NCBI GenBank assembly: GCA_051362555.1
Contig: CM120640.1
Coordinates: forward strand, 62,226,788 to 62,290,787
DNA from: Lingula anatina
Lineage: Eukaryota > Animalia > Brachiopoda
Direction of reading: 5' to 3'
DNA: 64,000 bases
Below are positions 48,579 to 61,921 of the stretch, piece by piece. Position 1 is the first letter of the stretch. Every line of letters begins with the position of its first letter. The position numbers and the translations under genes are program-made. The notes beneath the pieces are model-generated. The model was not told the DNA's origin, did not search any database, and saw nothing but the letters and a program-made list of their open reading frames with translations.

Positions 48579-51500
48579 TTATTTTGTGTTGGTCACTGGA
48601 GTCATATAACCGCTATCCCTACATCCGAGACTTGCTACGGCTGGGTGGTCAACGGATAAGTCTTTTTCACTGGAAACTACATCAGCATAAGAAAGTGGTT
48701 TGTTTTTGTCCTGTTCAGCAACAGAAACGAACTGAATATAACTTGCAGAGTTCCGAGTGTCTGCGTCGAATTTTTCATAGTTTTCTGGGTCCGAGTCTAG
48801 TCGTCCGCCAGGAGGTGGTCTTGGTAGAGGGCGAGGGGCATCCTGTTGGCGGTCTATATCATCATACTCGCTAAAGTTTAGACCCTGGTACTCCAGACCA
48901 GCTTCGTTTCTATAACCTTTGGGTATCATAGATTGGTAATGGCTATTATTGTGGTCATCGTCCGGCTGCTGATAGATATGCATTCCCTGGATTTTCTCGG
49001 CAATGCGTTTTGCAGGACCAAGAGGAATGCCTAAAATAATAAAATATTAAATAATAGTCAACGCCATTAAAAAATAATAAATAAATAAATAAAGATAGAT
49101 TCTGTTGCATGAGAATGCAAGAAAGTGGGTTAATCAAATCAAGTTTTGTCTAAAAATAACCGAGGTTGAAATACCTATTGTTCTTAGATCCACTTCTGTA
49201 AGAGATGGCAAATCATTTGCTGTTATTCTTTCTCTCGTGAATATTCCATAGTATTCCTCAAGCCCTATTTTTTCTAAGAACTCCAGTACATCAGGATCTA
49301 GAAATGAAACAATTTTACAATTAACAGTGCCTTTTGAAAATTCCTATTGTATAATTTTTTTATGATTTTATTATATTTATCAAATAATTATTAACACCTG
49401 AGGTCTCACAAAAATTGTAGGTCGATTTGTCTAACCATGCTTTTGTTATATAAGACGATCGATCATACTTTTGTTAAAAGACCACTTTTATCTGTAATTT
49501 TTTCAAAACATATATATAGTTTAATAATTATTGTTTATTCTAAATCTCTTAACTGTCGTTAAACCCACACCTCTCGAGTCTATCTTGTACAGGGGATTGG
49601 AGAGGCCATCTGGCGGCTGGTGTGATACTGGTGGCATTGCTTTGGGCTTACTTTCATTTACAAACGGATCAATCTGGAAAGCAATATGTGTTACATTTAA
49701 TGTTTAATCCAATCTAATTGCGCGAACTCAATTTGCTTTTCACACTTCGGCACATTGTGATAAATCTGAAATGTTAATAAATCAAATGTAGAGATACGAG
49801 GGGGGTTAGATGATAATCGGCAGCCGCCTTACACTGATGTGCCATAAAACAACACTTAGAACAACTTATTTTCTAATATTATATTATATTATATTATATT
49901 ATATTATATTATATTATATTGTTAAAACGGCAGTAACACACTGGCCATATACGATACTTAGATTCGAGCACGCAAAGCTAAACCTCACAGGATAAAGAGG
50001 TTTGATTTTATCCCATTTGCAATGAAAAAAAATTTTAAAAATAAGTGTATGCCATGAGTTGACGCATATTGCCTCTATACATACAGTTGTATAGGGTGGA
50101 GGCTCGTCCAATACCAGCTGTGCCGTGGAAGTGTTGTGTAATTGATACAGCTCTCCAGGATTAGACCTTTGAGACCTGAAGAGGAATGTTGATTGAGAAA
50201 CTTAACAATGTTCAATTTTACCTCAAAACTGTAGTATATGTATTAAACATGTCAGACTATATGCAGCAAAGTATGTCATCTGTATCAAGTCATCAGCTCT
50301 CGTCAGGTAAAGTTGTTGCCCAATTATAAATTAGTCTCTGAGCTCACAAAAGCATTCTGTAGTTTATATCTTGTGATCCTATTCTGTTTTCACAATTTTG
50401 CGACACACCGGCCGGAATCACTTTCATTTTTGACAGTTTTTCGCTTTCCTGTATGTAGACTCCACCAAGAATTGTATTACAGCTAGGAAAATAGATTTTT
50501 CTGATAAAACAATGCCTTAGTTCAATTTAAATGTGATAATTTATAATCTTCAATTTACGACTCACCAGTTAAACTCAAATACACGTACCTTAATTTACCA
50601 AAACAGCTTGCAGGTCGTCTCTTCAAAAGGAACCCAACAACAAAAATAAGAGCCAAAACTAGAGCTGTCACCAGTATGGCAATACCCCAGTCTGGTAAAG
50701 ACTTGTTTGGCATTGTGTCCCATGGTTGAACCTCCGTAGGACCAGAAGTTAAGATACCATTGTCGTCTGTTGTTGTTGTTGTTGTTGGGTAGAGCGTTAC
50801 CTCAGAGTGAGTAGACTCAGTATTTCCAGAGGGAGGGATAGTGCTAGGTTTCGTCGTTGGAGACGTGTTTGGAGTTGATCCAACATCTGCTGGTGTGTTC
50901 ACTAATGTTGTCCTAACTGTAGTTTTCCTTGCTGTAGATGTTTTGCCTGGTGTATTTGTTAATATTGTTGAATGGTGTGTTGTTGTTGTTGTTGTTGTTA
51001 TTGTTGTTGTAGAGGTTGCCGAACTGGCTGTGGTAGGTTCTGTCATGCCACATACAAATTGTACTGGAGATGAGGAGTAGCACAGGGAAATATGAAGAGG
51101 TGGAGGAGCTGCTTTTGTCACAACTGACCATCTGTGGTTTCTGCATTCCTCGAGTGCCCTTTCATTTCCTTAAATAATAAAGATTGATAAATATGATAAT
51201 GAAAAGTGTCATCTTTTGGTTTTATGCTTGGCATGATATGAAGAGCACTTTCAAATTGAAAACACACGCTGTTTGAAACATATTTTGAAATAATCGATAT
51301 TATTAAAATACTTTTGACTTGATCAGCTCAGTAGTTATCTGTGCTACAAGATACCATATTCAGCTTTCACACAGTCAATCTGTTCATTGTTTTGAATAAA
51401 ATAATTATGAAATTGATGAAAATATATTTTTTCTCTTTCTCTCAATTTCATTACTCAGTTATTAGAAAAAACATTTGGCCGTATCAATAATTAAGGCAGT

Positions 51501-54500
51501 AAAAATTAATGACATTTTCTCACCAGTGCAGCTGGCCGACGTAGAGTACATATCATCAATACCAGACGGTGCATTGGTGCTGGGACCCTCTCCCACATAG
51601 CGATCAAACCCTAGCTCATGGCAAATGACACTTCGTGCCTCGCCATTTAGAGCTTGCAGACAAACTGACCACCAGGTTTTGTTCAAGTTCACCTGCAGAA
51701 TGCCGCTGTTGTTGGCAGGAGAGCTGCTGTTCAATCTTAGTGCTGGGACAGATGCTTCAACAGGATAAATTAAAATTACCAGTTACAATTTTCGTATTCA
51801 ATAACATTGACACAAGAAAGATGTTATCAAGATAAAATCTGTATGTTTAATACTGATCTCTAATGAAAAAATAAACCATATATACTTTTATAAAAAGTCT
51901 CTTTCTTCCCATACTTGCATAGGCCTATCTGGAATGAGTAGAGAGCCGTCAGGTTTTGTTTGGTTTGGTTTTGAGTAATATCATTTTTCTTATTAAAATA
52001 TGATAAATTAAAGACACTTTCAAAGTTTAAAATATCAGTGTACAGTTACGCACACTGAACAATAGAAGTGTCACCCCTACTGAGCCAATACTTTGGGGGA
52101 GATAAATGACTGTGAAATGATTTTTTGTTAGTAAGTAAGTACGTTTATTAAGACATGGCAACCAAAAGGTTGAAGTTATACATAAAATGGAGTGAGAATA
52201 AAATTTACAAATTTACAAATTAAAATATTGATATATAATATAGGATATGCGAATAGAACTTAATGAGATAAAAAAGGATAAAATAGAATAAATGAATAAA
52301 ATAAATTTTTGCACAGGCATCTGAAAGTTAGTGTAAAAGAGGATGGAGTAATGAATATTAAATACAATAAAGGCCAAAATGAGTTTCAAAGGAAAACTCA
52401 GGCCACTAATGGTTTAATAAAGAGAAAGGAATAAAAGTTTTTTAAAACGTTCAGTTCTAACTTTTGATATGCTCCTGGTATCATTTTATACATCAAATTT
52501 CACAAAAAGACCAACAACACAATTCCATTGCACAGTGGTTTTATACTCATTCACATTATAAGTAGACCAGGCATTATAACTACTCAAGATCTACCTACTT
52601 TGATTACTCTGATTCAGGGGTGACACTTCTATTGCCCATCGCGTGTAGGTACCATTAGATGTTTGTCATGCCATGTAATTACCTTCACAAACGATGCCTA
52701 CGTCTCTGTCGTGAGTGCATTCTGCTGGCACAATACCCCAGTCTGAAGTTCTTGGACATCGCGAGAGATTGTCCTCGTTACCATTACAATGAATCTAAAA
52801 AAGATACAAATTTTTAAGATGCATGATTTCAAATTAAATGAGAAACAAAGTGACAGAACGTAAGAATACAATCAATTTTTTATTGTTGGAAAGCACCAAC
52901 ATTTTCTATATTCCAAATTTTTAAAGTATACTGATGGAACACAACCAGCACAAACTACATAAAATACCATTACATTTGAAAACCTCACATCCTTTTGTAG
53001 GTCACTGTAAGAAAAAATGAAACACTCCATTACTTATTAAAATAATCATCTATAAAAAACAACCCTTTCTTAAACAAAAGTACGGAATGATTTCATAAAT
53101 ATATTTTACCCAAGAAAACAGATGTCTATACTATTTTTTAATTCACCTGACTGAGCAAGACTAGATCGTCACCAACGCCAAAGTTCCTATTGTGTGCCTC
53201 CAGTCCAGAATATCCCAGCTGTCTACATGCCACCAAGGCATCAACAGCGTCCCAGCCTTTGTCACAAATCTAAAATACATACATACATAAATACACACAG
53301 AAGACTTTTTTTTTTATAAAATCAAATATTGCTTCTCTTGTTGACTTGTTTTATTTGTAAGTTTGAGGTTACTGAGGAATCAATTCCCCACACTCACCGT
53401 GCCCCAGTGATGATTGTAGTAGATTTCCAGCCGTCCCTCTCTACTCTTGGCACCGTTCACCAGGCGCAGGGTGCCTTCAGGCGGACCAGTGGGATCTATA
53501 CACACTATACCGGCGGTCTGAAACAGACATCGCATAGGAGCACTGTGAAATCGCTTTACCAGTTACTGATTTTTAATGGCGAATGTTTACCTGGTTGTAG
53601 TGTCTGAATACATATGTCGAAAATTATATGGTCTACAAAAACTATAACTTCCTGGTTCGAGTTTTTAAATGTATAGATTATGCAGACCACTTTTAGATGA
53701 TGCGCGGTGGTGTTTTACCTGATTGGGTTGACAAGCAGCTACACCCCATCCATCGTGTCTACAACGCAGAATGTTCGCTTCGTTCCCAGTACACTTGACG
53801 TGATCTAATACCGGAGGCGTGCTAGGAAGTGTGGCAAATGAACGAAGACTGGAAGCATTAGGGAACCCAAACTGGCGACACACAATATCTGAAAAAAAAT
53901 TATTTACGTATTTTTATTCATCTATATTTGTCGGTGTATTTTAGTTTTCTAGCCTGTATGGTATGGATTTAAAAATTGTGATGAAGCTCTATCATATGAA
54001 AGCACGCGTTCGATCACAGCAGGGCTTTGTAATCTTTCTCTTTCGGTTCAATTTTCACATGGTCATTTCGTACAGCAATCTTACTTGCTTCGGTTATCGT
54101 GAATCCTGTATCACAAATCCTTCCCCAGGCGTCGTTTCTTTGCACTTCAACATAGCCCATGTGGTCACTAGCACCCCCCGTGAGTCGCACAGTGCCATTT
54201 AGCGGTTCACACTCTACTCCAACTGCCTCTGTTGCAGGATCACAGTTATGGATTCCCCAACCTGCAGTGTTAAAATATGATAAACTAGGTTTCAAAATGA
54301 CCTTCCAGTGTAGCCTACAGCACCAAAGGAGAGATTTTTAAAGGTTTTTATATTCTATTCTTTTGATGGAGTTAAACATTCATATGAAAGTATCCACGGT
54401 ACATGAACGTGCGTGGGTCTTCTTTCAAATCAACACATATAAATAAATATTGTTTACCATCGTGAATGCAATCTACAATAGAAGCCTCAATCCCCAAGCA

Positions 54501-55174
54501 TCGCACTTCATCCAACCAAATTTTTGACAGTCCTCTTCCAAAGACCCTATAAGAGCTCTGAATATGTCGTCGGAATCCGGGGAAGCCCAATTCTCTGCAA
54601 ACGACAGCTGCCTCGTCGTTTCCAAACCCGTCGTCGCACACGCTACCCCACTCAGTGTCATGAAACACTTCTACACGACCTTCATTACTAGCACTTCCAC
54701 CAGACAAACGCACAAGGGAGGAAACCAGGTATGCTTCAATAGAAAATTAATAAATAAGATTAATAACTGGTTAAAGATAAAATTGTTTGGGGAAAGGTTG
54801 GGAATTGAATGTTTATTTTAGTGTATTCTCCACACAAGTAGATCTTCTAGAATGAACTTACAAAAAAGGAAATCTTCTCGTCACTTTCATGAAATTTTTC
54901 GTTCAGGTATGACAGCAAATGACCTTTTCTATTCGAGCCTAAGAAAACATCTCTTAATTCAAGACAGCTCAAGAAGCAATGGTTTTCATGCCATATGAAA
55001 GCATGAGGGCGAGTTTTATGCAAAATACGGCATAAAACTTCGTGAAAGGAGGTTCATTTTTCCTGTGCTTATCTCATATGGAGGAAAAGGAAAGCTGGAG
55101 TACAAATGCGAACACTTACCTAAATTTGCCACTGACAAAATTATCAAAACTCCGGGTACTGTTTTGAGCATCAT
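48579..55174 (-). CDS. Type I membrane receptor: signal peptide, four SRCR domains (fourth divergent), Thr-rich mucin stalk, TM helix, intracellular SAM domain and Tyr-motif tail, about 870 aa, 13 coding exons
   Basis: Phase-consistent GT-AG exons: 55120-55174, 54458-54733, 54085-54261, 53719-53888, 53398-53517, 53147-53269, 52683-52794, 51524-51754, 50589-51168, 50085-50175, 49571-49673, 49175-49297, 48579-49030 (2613 nt). SRCR motifs VRLSGG-EGRVEV-WGSVCDDGF-VVCRELG-IWLDEVRC. TM WGIAILVTALVLALIFVVGFLL-KRR. SAM DVLEFLEKIGLEEYYGIFTRERITANDLPSLTEVDLRTIGIPLGPAKRIAEKI. Confidence 0.85.
52140..52530 (-). mobile_element. Decayed LINE (CR1/L2-like) 3' fragment, apparently nested between the arms of an intronic MITE
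   Basis: The minus strand encodes KVRTERFK, resembling a LINE ORF2 C-terminus, followed by AT-rich sequence ending in (CTTA)n. Flanked by inverted repeats CAATAGAAGTGTCACCCCT (about 52060) and AGGGGTGACACTTCTATTG (about 52617). Confidence 0.45.
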
Positions 55175-56545
55175 GGAAGCAGTACCACTGCAGAGGAAGA
55201 AGAAATCACACATTTCAAAAGACAAAGGTAGCAAAACGTAGTTTTCAAACTAAAATGGTTCACATCGAAGTTGATCTGTTTAGTAATGTTTCTCATGCTG
55301 AGTGAAATGCTTTCATATATTCAGCGATTTTGGATTCTTCAACACCCATAATGAGTTAGAATGTAAAGTGTGTATAATTCTTGTACTTTTCGAAAAAAAA
55401 TTATGGAAATAAATATCCAAAGATCAAGCGCCCTTATTGCTGGAATTACTAGATCAATAATATCACTGTGGACATTTCTTCTTAACTATATAAAAATGAT
55501 GACATAAACATCAAGTTCAACAGTTATTCAATATTTGTGTACCATATGTGTACCATATAGTACATGTACAACATGTATGAAGAGACGAGGAGGTACCATC
55601 CAGACACGACTACTTTGGACGACAAACTGCAAAAAGAAATAACTTATACCTCCTTAATGCGTACGATTTGTACTTTGACAATGTATTGTGAAATATTGTC
55701 CATCCTATGATTCACCAGCTGTGCTTGTACATATGACCTACTTTTCTAATTTTCCAATATTCTCATGGTTTGTAGGCAGGTCAAATAACTTGATTGTCAA
55801 AAGGGTGTCACTTCTTTGCGATTTTAATAGAATTATAATTAATTATTCCTCTTTTGCATTAAACTGGAGTTTTTGACAGGCGTAGAGGATGATGACATGC
55901 ACTTTTAGCACGTCGGTACACTAGCGCTGTCTCCTCGCAGGTTTCGATTATGAAAATTATTGTTCATATTCAGTAAGTTTTAACGTAGTGTTTATACAGT
56001 TCTAAATTCAGTATACATAGCTTACCTGAGATGATTAGTTGTTCTTTAAAAGATCGTCACCATGCATTATACGAATAATGTCTTCTACGTATATACTGCA
56101 AGGCAACAAGGAAGTAAAAAGGTTATACAGTCGCCTGTGCGGCATGACACATTTACCTATACTGAGTGGAAATCCTACCACCATTCCTGGATCAATAACT
56201 TTCTTTGTTAGTCAACTCACGAACACAATTGTATTTCAGTCATGGGGTAGGCGTTATAAAAAGAACCATTGTAACTGCGTGAGAGAGCATATTTTGATAA
56301 CATTACGTCAAACCACCAAACGAAATAATAAGCGACTGAGAATAGACTGGTTTAAAAAAAATACCAGCCCTTTTACAACTCGGAACAAGCATTACAATGA
56401 TAGAAAACCGTTCAAGCGTACAGCATCCCTTTTTGCTGTATACCTATATTCTCTTTTTTCTTTACGTGTTTATTTCATCTTTATTTTGAATTTAATTATG
56501 TCAATTGCTAGTTTGTTTTTTTTTTACTGAAGATAGGTCTTCATG

Positions 56546-56715
56546 CAGGGGCGGATTGAGGCCGTCTTCTGGGTCTTCAGGAAGACGGTCAGATTTTCAA
56601 GTTTACATTGACGGGTGTCTATTTTTTTTTCTGTCGGAGGACGGTCAAAGATTGAGGATGGATCAACAAAGATAATTTGGAAGACTGTCAGAAAATATCT
56701 CTGGATCCGCCCCTG
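56546..56715. mobile_element. MITE with CAGGGGCGGAT termini and a 6-bp TSD
   Basis: CAGGGGCGGAT ... ATCCGCCCCTG, flanked by TTCATG on both sides. Confidence 0.8.
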
Positions 56716-57448
56716 TTCATGCACATTTCAGTTTTTTCTTATGGCTACCTCTTGTTTCTTCCAAACTGTACATTTCTACTAACCGGATCCCATGACCACA
56801 AGTCCGAAATTAAACGATCAAATATAAAAATAAACGTAGCCAGGATTGAAAAGAAAGTTTGGAAGCTTTCTCTCTGTCTTCATCCATTCAGTCATTGTTT
56901 TTTTTAGATGGTATGACTCGACATATTTTAGAGTCATTGCTTTTCTTTGATGATAAAGCAATACATATTCCATGACTGCGTTAGCTGTGATACGATTAAC
57001 ACATTACATGAAAACACAAAACTGATATTTTTGGCAAAGATGAATCAGCTGAAAGCGGTGTAAAATGTGAAAGGAAGGATCTTTGAAAAGGAAAGACAAT
57101 TTAAAAACCTAAATTACAAAAAGTCTAATATCTTTTCTTCTTAACAGCCTATTTGAAGAATTTCCTTCTTAAAAGGAAAATAGTACGCGCTGGGGGATAC
57201 GCGTTGGCGTGTAAGTGGATCCACTCTTTGTACAATAAAATATGGAAATATCTTTGCCCCCTTACTTGAAAACAAATTTGAACAAACATATCAACATCTC
57301 CTACACACGTAACTGCTAATTTAAAAAATCTTGATAACAAAACATTTTATGAATCATTCTATCCGACAAATATTAAGCAAAGCCTTTTTAAGGATGTCCG
57401 TATTTAAGCTTATCTAATGCTCACATTATACGTACCGGTGAAGTCTAA

Positions 57449-57663
57449 GAGTGCATTCCCATAGATTTAGATCGATCCATCTAGATCGACCTAACTCCCT
57501 GGGGGTTCACGCTAAATTGCTGTCAGCCGAGCGCACACGGTAGTTAATTACCCCCTTGCAGCTTTTAGTAGGCGGGACAGACATTTAAGCCGGCTAAGCT
57601 GACAGTAATCTAGTGAGACTCCCCACAGGGATAGATCGATCTAAAATCTGTGGCAATGGGGTC
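57449..57663 (-). mobile_element. MITE family A, copy 3
   Basis: Close reverse-complement homologue of 20347-20560, with imperfect TIRs and TAA on both flanks (Harbinger-type TSD). Confidence 0.8.
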
Positions 57664-58812
57664 TAAAGCTAGTATGTAAGATATTTTATCAGGTCATTGG
57701 AGTTGGAGTTGATGGTTCTTCATTTGGATATTTTATTTTTGATTCACGGAATGGTTTCGTTGTTTGTAAAATGAACAAGCTGTGCTTTTTTTTCACAAAT
57801 GTAATACAAAAACAATGCATAAAATCGATACAGCAGGACGCATTTATTGATAGGTAATATCAAAATGGACACAGTATAAACTGTATGTAATTTAAAAACT
57901 CATAATACTCAAATGATATACATATACTATATTTAAAATGTTAAATAATAATAATGATTTAAATAACTTTTTATTAACTAAAATCGCAACCAGAAAGATG
58001 ATATTGTACGTTGTTAATATATTATATTTGCAGTTATATGGTAATGAGAGTTCGGAAAAATCGCAAAAGCTGAAATGTAAAATCATTTCTAATACACTTA
58101 AAAGGAACTTGAAAATGGTAAACGATAATGTTTTGTAAAATAGTTCTTAAAATATTCAATATTGATGATAATTACATATTGAAACATCTAATATTACCCG
58201 CTAATTCCTATGCATTTTTCTATCGCTACAGTAAAAAAAAAAGTTCTTAATCCAAAATATACAAAATTTCATAGAGTTACCTTTATCTTGTGTCCATTAT
58301 AATGTGTTTAATTCTGTCTCATAAAAATATACAGAGAAACATCATGATCACAATAAATAGAAAAAGGTATGACACTTCAAGTTTTAAGTCTGAAAATATA
58401 TGTTGAATCGAAACTTTTAACAAGTTTCTTTTGAGCAATCTTTAATTTGTATGATGGTCTGAAGGTTTAGAATGCATTATCACAGATTCTGATAAATCTA
58501 AACGATTGTCGTAAATGTGACGGTCGTCTTGATATTCACATGTTCTCCATCTCCATCTTTCGTTTTCGTTTGGCTTTATTCACAGAAAGCCTTATGAAAG
58601 AATGAGGTTTCTTAAAAACCCTTAACAGCAGTCCACACATCGATCTTAATCGGGATGACCGGATATGACATAATTGAAGTATGGTCAAGTGCGTGGTGGT
58701 CTTCTGAAGGCTGATCGCGTGATGCGTGCGGCCAAACTTGTGACTATTTGCTGTTCAAATCCGTATCCAAATCCATTGTATCAACTTTGCTAGACACTGG
58801 TGAAACATATTG

Positions 58813-59931
58813 TCATGCCTCGTGCGTCACGTGATACTTGCAGACGTTCAAGTGCTCTGAAAGGAGTTTTTCGGCAGCCTCTTTTTCTTTTTCCAAACTT
58901 CGAATCTGTCTTCGTAGGTCCGTGTTCTGACACTCTAAGTTTTGCGTTTTCTATAAATATATAAAAGAAAACATAAAATGTCATTTTTGAAAACTTGGGT
59001 TGCTATCAGCGCTTTCAATACTACCGCCTTTGCCCTAATCAATTATTCGTCTGAAAAGAGTGCAGTAATCTCCTAGTTTCTATGAAAAAGTTTTGCTGTT
59101 GGAAAACCCCCAAGACTTGGTTTCACGACCCGTTGTAATCGGAATCAAAACAAACAGACGCGCCTTTATTTATTTAGTAATAATTTATATCTCCGAATTA
59201 TGATGATCCTCCACCACGATAGAATCGGATTTTATACCCAATCCGTTACCTTACAGAGGCAGAACGTGGCAAAATCCGTTCCAAATAATTTTGATAAATG
59301 TCACTTCCTTTCCAAGAATTGAACCGTTCCATGTAACAGCTGGGGGGGGGGGGGGGGGGGGGTCTTAAATTTGGAAAAGTAAAAAGAAAATTGATACACT
59401 ATTTCTGGTATTTTTGAGGGGAAGGGGGAGTGAAAAAGCTTTTGTTTAAATGACTCGAATATTTAAATACCTTCTGTAACGTATCAAGCAAATCCTTCTT
59501 TTTCTGTCGACACCTCTGTGCTGCTTGTCTATTGTTTTCTCTTCTTCGTTTTCTTTTCTCTTCTTCTTCTGGTGTTAACTTGAATAGAAATAAAGTTATC
59601 TGGATTAACCATACGCATAAAAATATGGAGACAGCGATGGGTTTGATATTGAGATCATAAAGTTTCATACCTGTTCCAACAACGGTTGTCGATATTCCAC
59701 GGTTGGTATTTCTTGACCTTTTACCATTAACTTGGTCTTTATTGTACTTCTTAATTCGGCTTTTACAGCAGGCGTGAACTCGTCTGGAGAGAGAGTATAC
59801 ATCTCAAAGTCTGGTAAATTACCATGGTCACTTTGGTTGTCAACGGTCTCTCCCTTTTCCTTGAATGCAACATGTAGCGGGATTTCCCGGGTTCTGTTGT
59901 CGTCAACCAAATATTCAAATCCTTCCAGCAT
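58813..59931 (-). CDS. ATF3: ATF3/JDP2-like (Fos superfamily) bZIP transcription factor, 168 aa. Coding exons 59671-59931, 59471-59578, 58813-58950
   Basis: TPAVKAELRSTIKTK resembles the ATF3/JDP2 N-terminal box. The 108-nt phase-0 exon encodes the basic region LTPEEEEKRKRRRENNRQAAQRCRQKK, as in Fos/ATF3 genes. The leucine zipper ends in EHLNVC (HxxxC). The family is well supported; exact orthology is not. Confidence 0.8.
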
Positions 59932-60161
59932 TGTGAAAATTTGGATTGAGCTAAAATAAAGAAAGATGATACTAATATTTAACAATCGCCAGTTAACTGT
60001 ATATCAAATAGTTATCTAAAAAGTACGTACAAATATTATCGAAATATTTCTGCACACAAACGACTTAAATTCGTCATATTCAGCGCCAACGCAAGAGTGT
60101 GTTAGCAGGCCTCTAATAGCATGCCTTTTATTCGCCAAATGTGCTGACTTCATCATAAGCT

Positions 60162-60172
60162 GGGGAATCCCC
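60162..60172. promoter_or_regulatory. NF-kB site GGGGAATCCCC just 5' of the first coding exon of the ATF3-like gene; second site GGGAATCCCC at 60582-60591
   Basis: Its reverse complement is GGGGATTCCCC, identical to the site at 3657. A CRE half-site (TGACG) follows immediately. Confidence 0.5.
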
Positions 60173-61921
60173 GATGACGCAGCAACTTCACCTATCACGA
60201 CTGATACGGGTTTATAGTGATTTCAAATCATTCAAAATTAGACAACCAGTTTCTCTAATTTCTTTTGAAACCTGAATTTCTATCTGAAATGATGCTCGTG
60301 ACTGTCAGGTGACGGTGTGACTAGTCGTGATGAGGATTATGCTTAAGGGGTTCTAAACTTCTGTACATGTGTAACGTGGAGAGGTCAAACTTCCGTCAAA
60401 ATGACCTATAAATGTGTGAAAGTTATCAGATGTGTTAGTTCTTATTCAAACCTATACATGCCCCAGCCGATTCTAAGGGTGAAACAAAATTCCGTCCATC
60501 ACTTCTGTTGTGAATCAAGTTAATGTGTAACAATCAAGTGGTATTTATCCTGTGGACTGTCATGACATGTCCTGTTTGTCAGGGAATCCCCCTAATAGTC
60601 AGTGACTATGTACCCAAGCAACAAAAATATTGTTACACATCAGTTTATCAATTTTTTTCCGCAATACCATGATCTAAAACTTATTGAACGTATTCAAACT
60701 TCTTTTCTTTCGATATTTTTTTCATCTTATTTTTCTGTCTATTTTCGTCTTATCAGTGTATTACGGATATTGCTGTTTCAGACGTGCATTTTACGAAATT
60801 GCAGGCGGTACTAACTCCCAACTTTAAATATGCGTATTTTTTTTTTGTTTTCAATGCCTGTTAGGCTGTTAGTTGTGATATTTTTAATAGACAACCTAAA
60901 CTCTTCGACTGCTGGAATGATCATTTGATCTTAGAAGTATCGCTGTCCACTTCATAATTTCCAAACATCCATTGTAGGCCTAGGCTATTGGCATCTCTTA
61001 GGTTAAAACTTGACAAAAGCATATATAGCTGATATGTTTGATTTTCAGACTAACAAAAGATTTCACTATAATTTTTTTATATATTCAACTTAACTAACGT
61101 TATGAAAGTTGGCCTATAATATTATGTTATGTAAAGGTTACAAATTATAACTTTCAAGAACACCATATCTTGCTCAATAACAATAAATAACGCATAGATA
61201 CTAAAACAATATCTATTCATCAAGTGTGGTTCAAATTATCAATATGAAGTTTGTATCTATTAAAGTTTATCAAATTAGATTCAATAACTTATTATATAGG
61301 CCTACAAGTAATCTGGCTGTAAGTGGTATTTCTCAGGCTTACCTTATTGGCGTCAGGTTATGAAATGACTTTCAAACGTTGCATTTGCGTCTTAAAACAG
61401 TAGCTATTTTTAGATTACACGTCATCAATTTTTGTCAATCATGTACAGGCAAGCCTAAAAATGCTCCAGATCTTTTCAACACACGCTTTTGTAATATTTA
61501 AATATTACTTAATTTAGACTAAGAAAAACATGGCTCTACCGTAAGGGGTTATATATATCAAGCATAAATAAGAATGTGGTTTAGTTCAGTTTTTAAAATG
61601 ATGAAACATCGATTCGAGAATAATGAAGGCTCTTTGTTTACAGTACATGTACTTACCAGTTAATTCAAAATTGTTTGTTGACATCAAAATTGATTGCGTC
61701 ACATTCGCTACTAAGACTCAAACTTAAAAAAAAATGGGTTTAATTGACATAGGCGGTATGTAAATATGTATATATCAAAAAGATGAAAAGGCTTTTTTTT
61801 AATGAGACGTAGTTTTTGTGTTGACAATGATGACTAAACAACGACAGCAGTACAAGCCATTGCTACAGATGTGATTCATTCATTCAATCTAGAATGTGTA
61901 GTGTCAGTAGACACCTGCTAG

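Noticed and set aside
56039-56530. 163-aa plus-strand ORF
   Set aside because: It starts at TTG, has no domain, ends in low-complexity AT-rich sequence, and overlaps the probable promoter of the SRCR gene.
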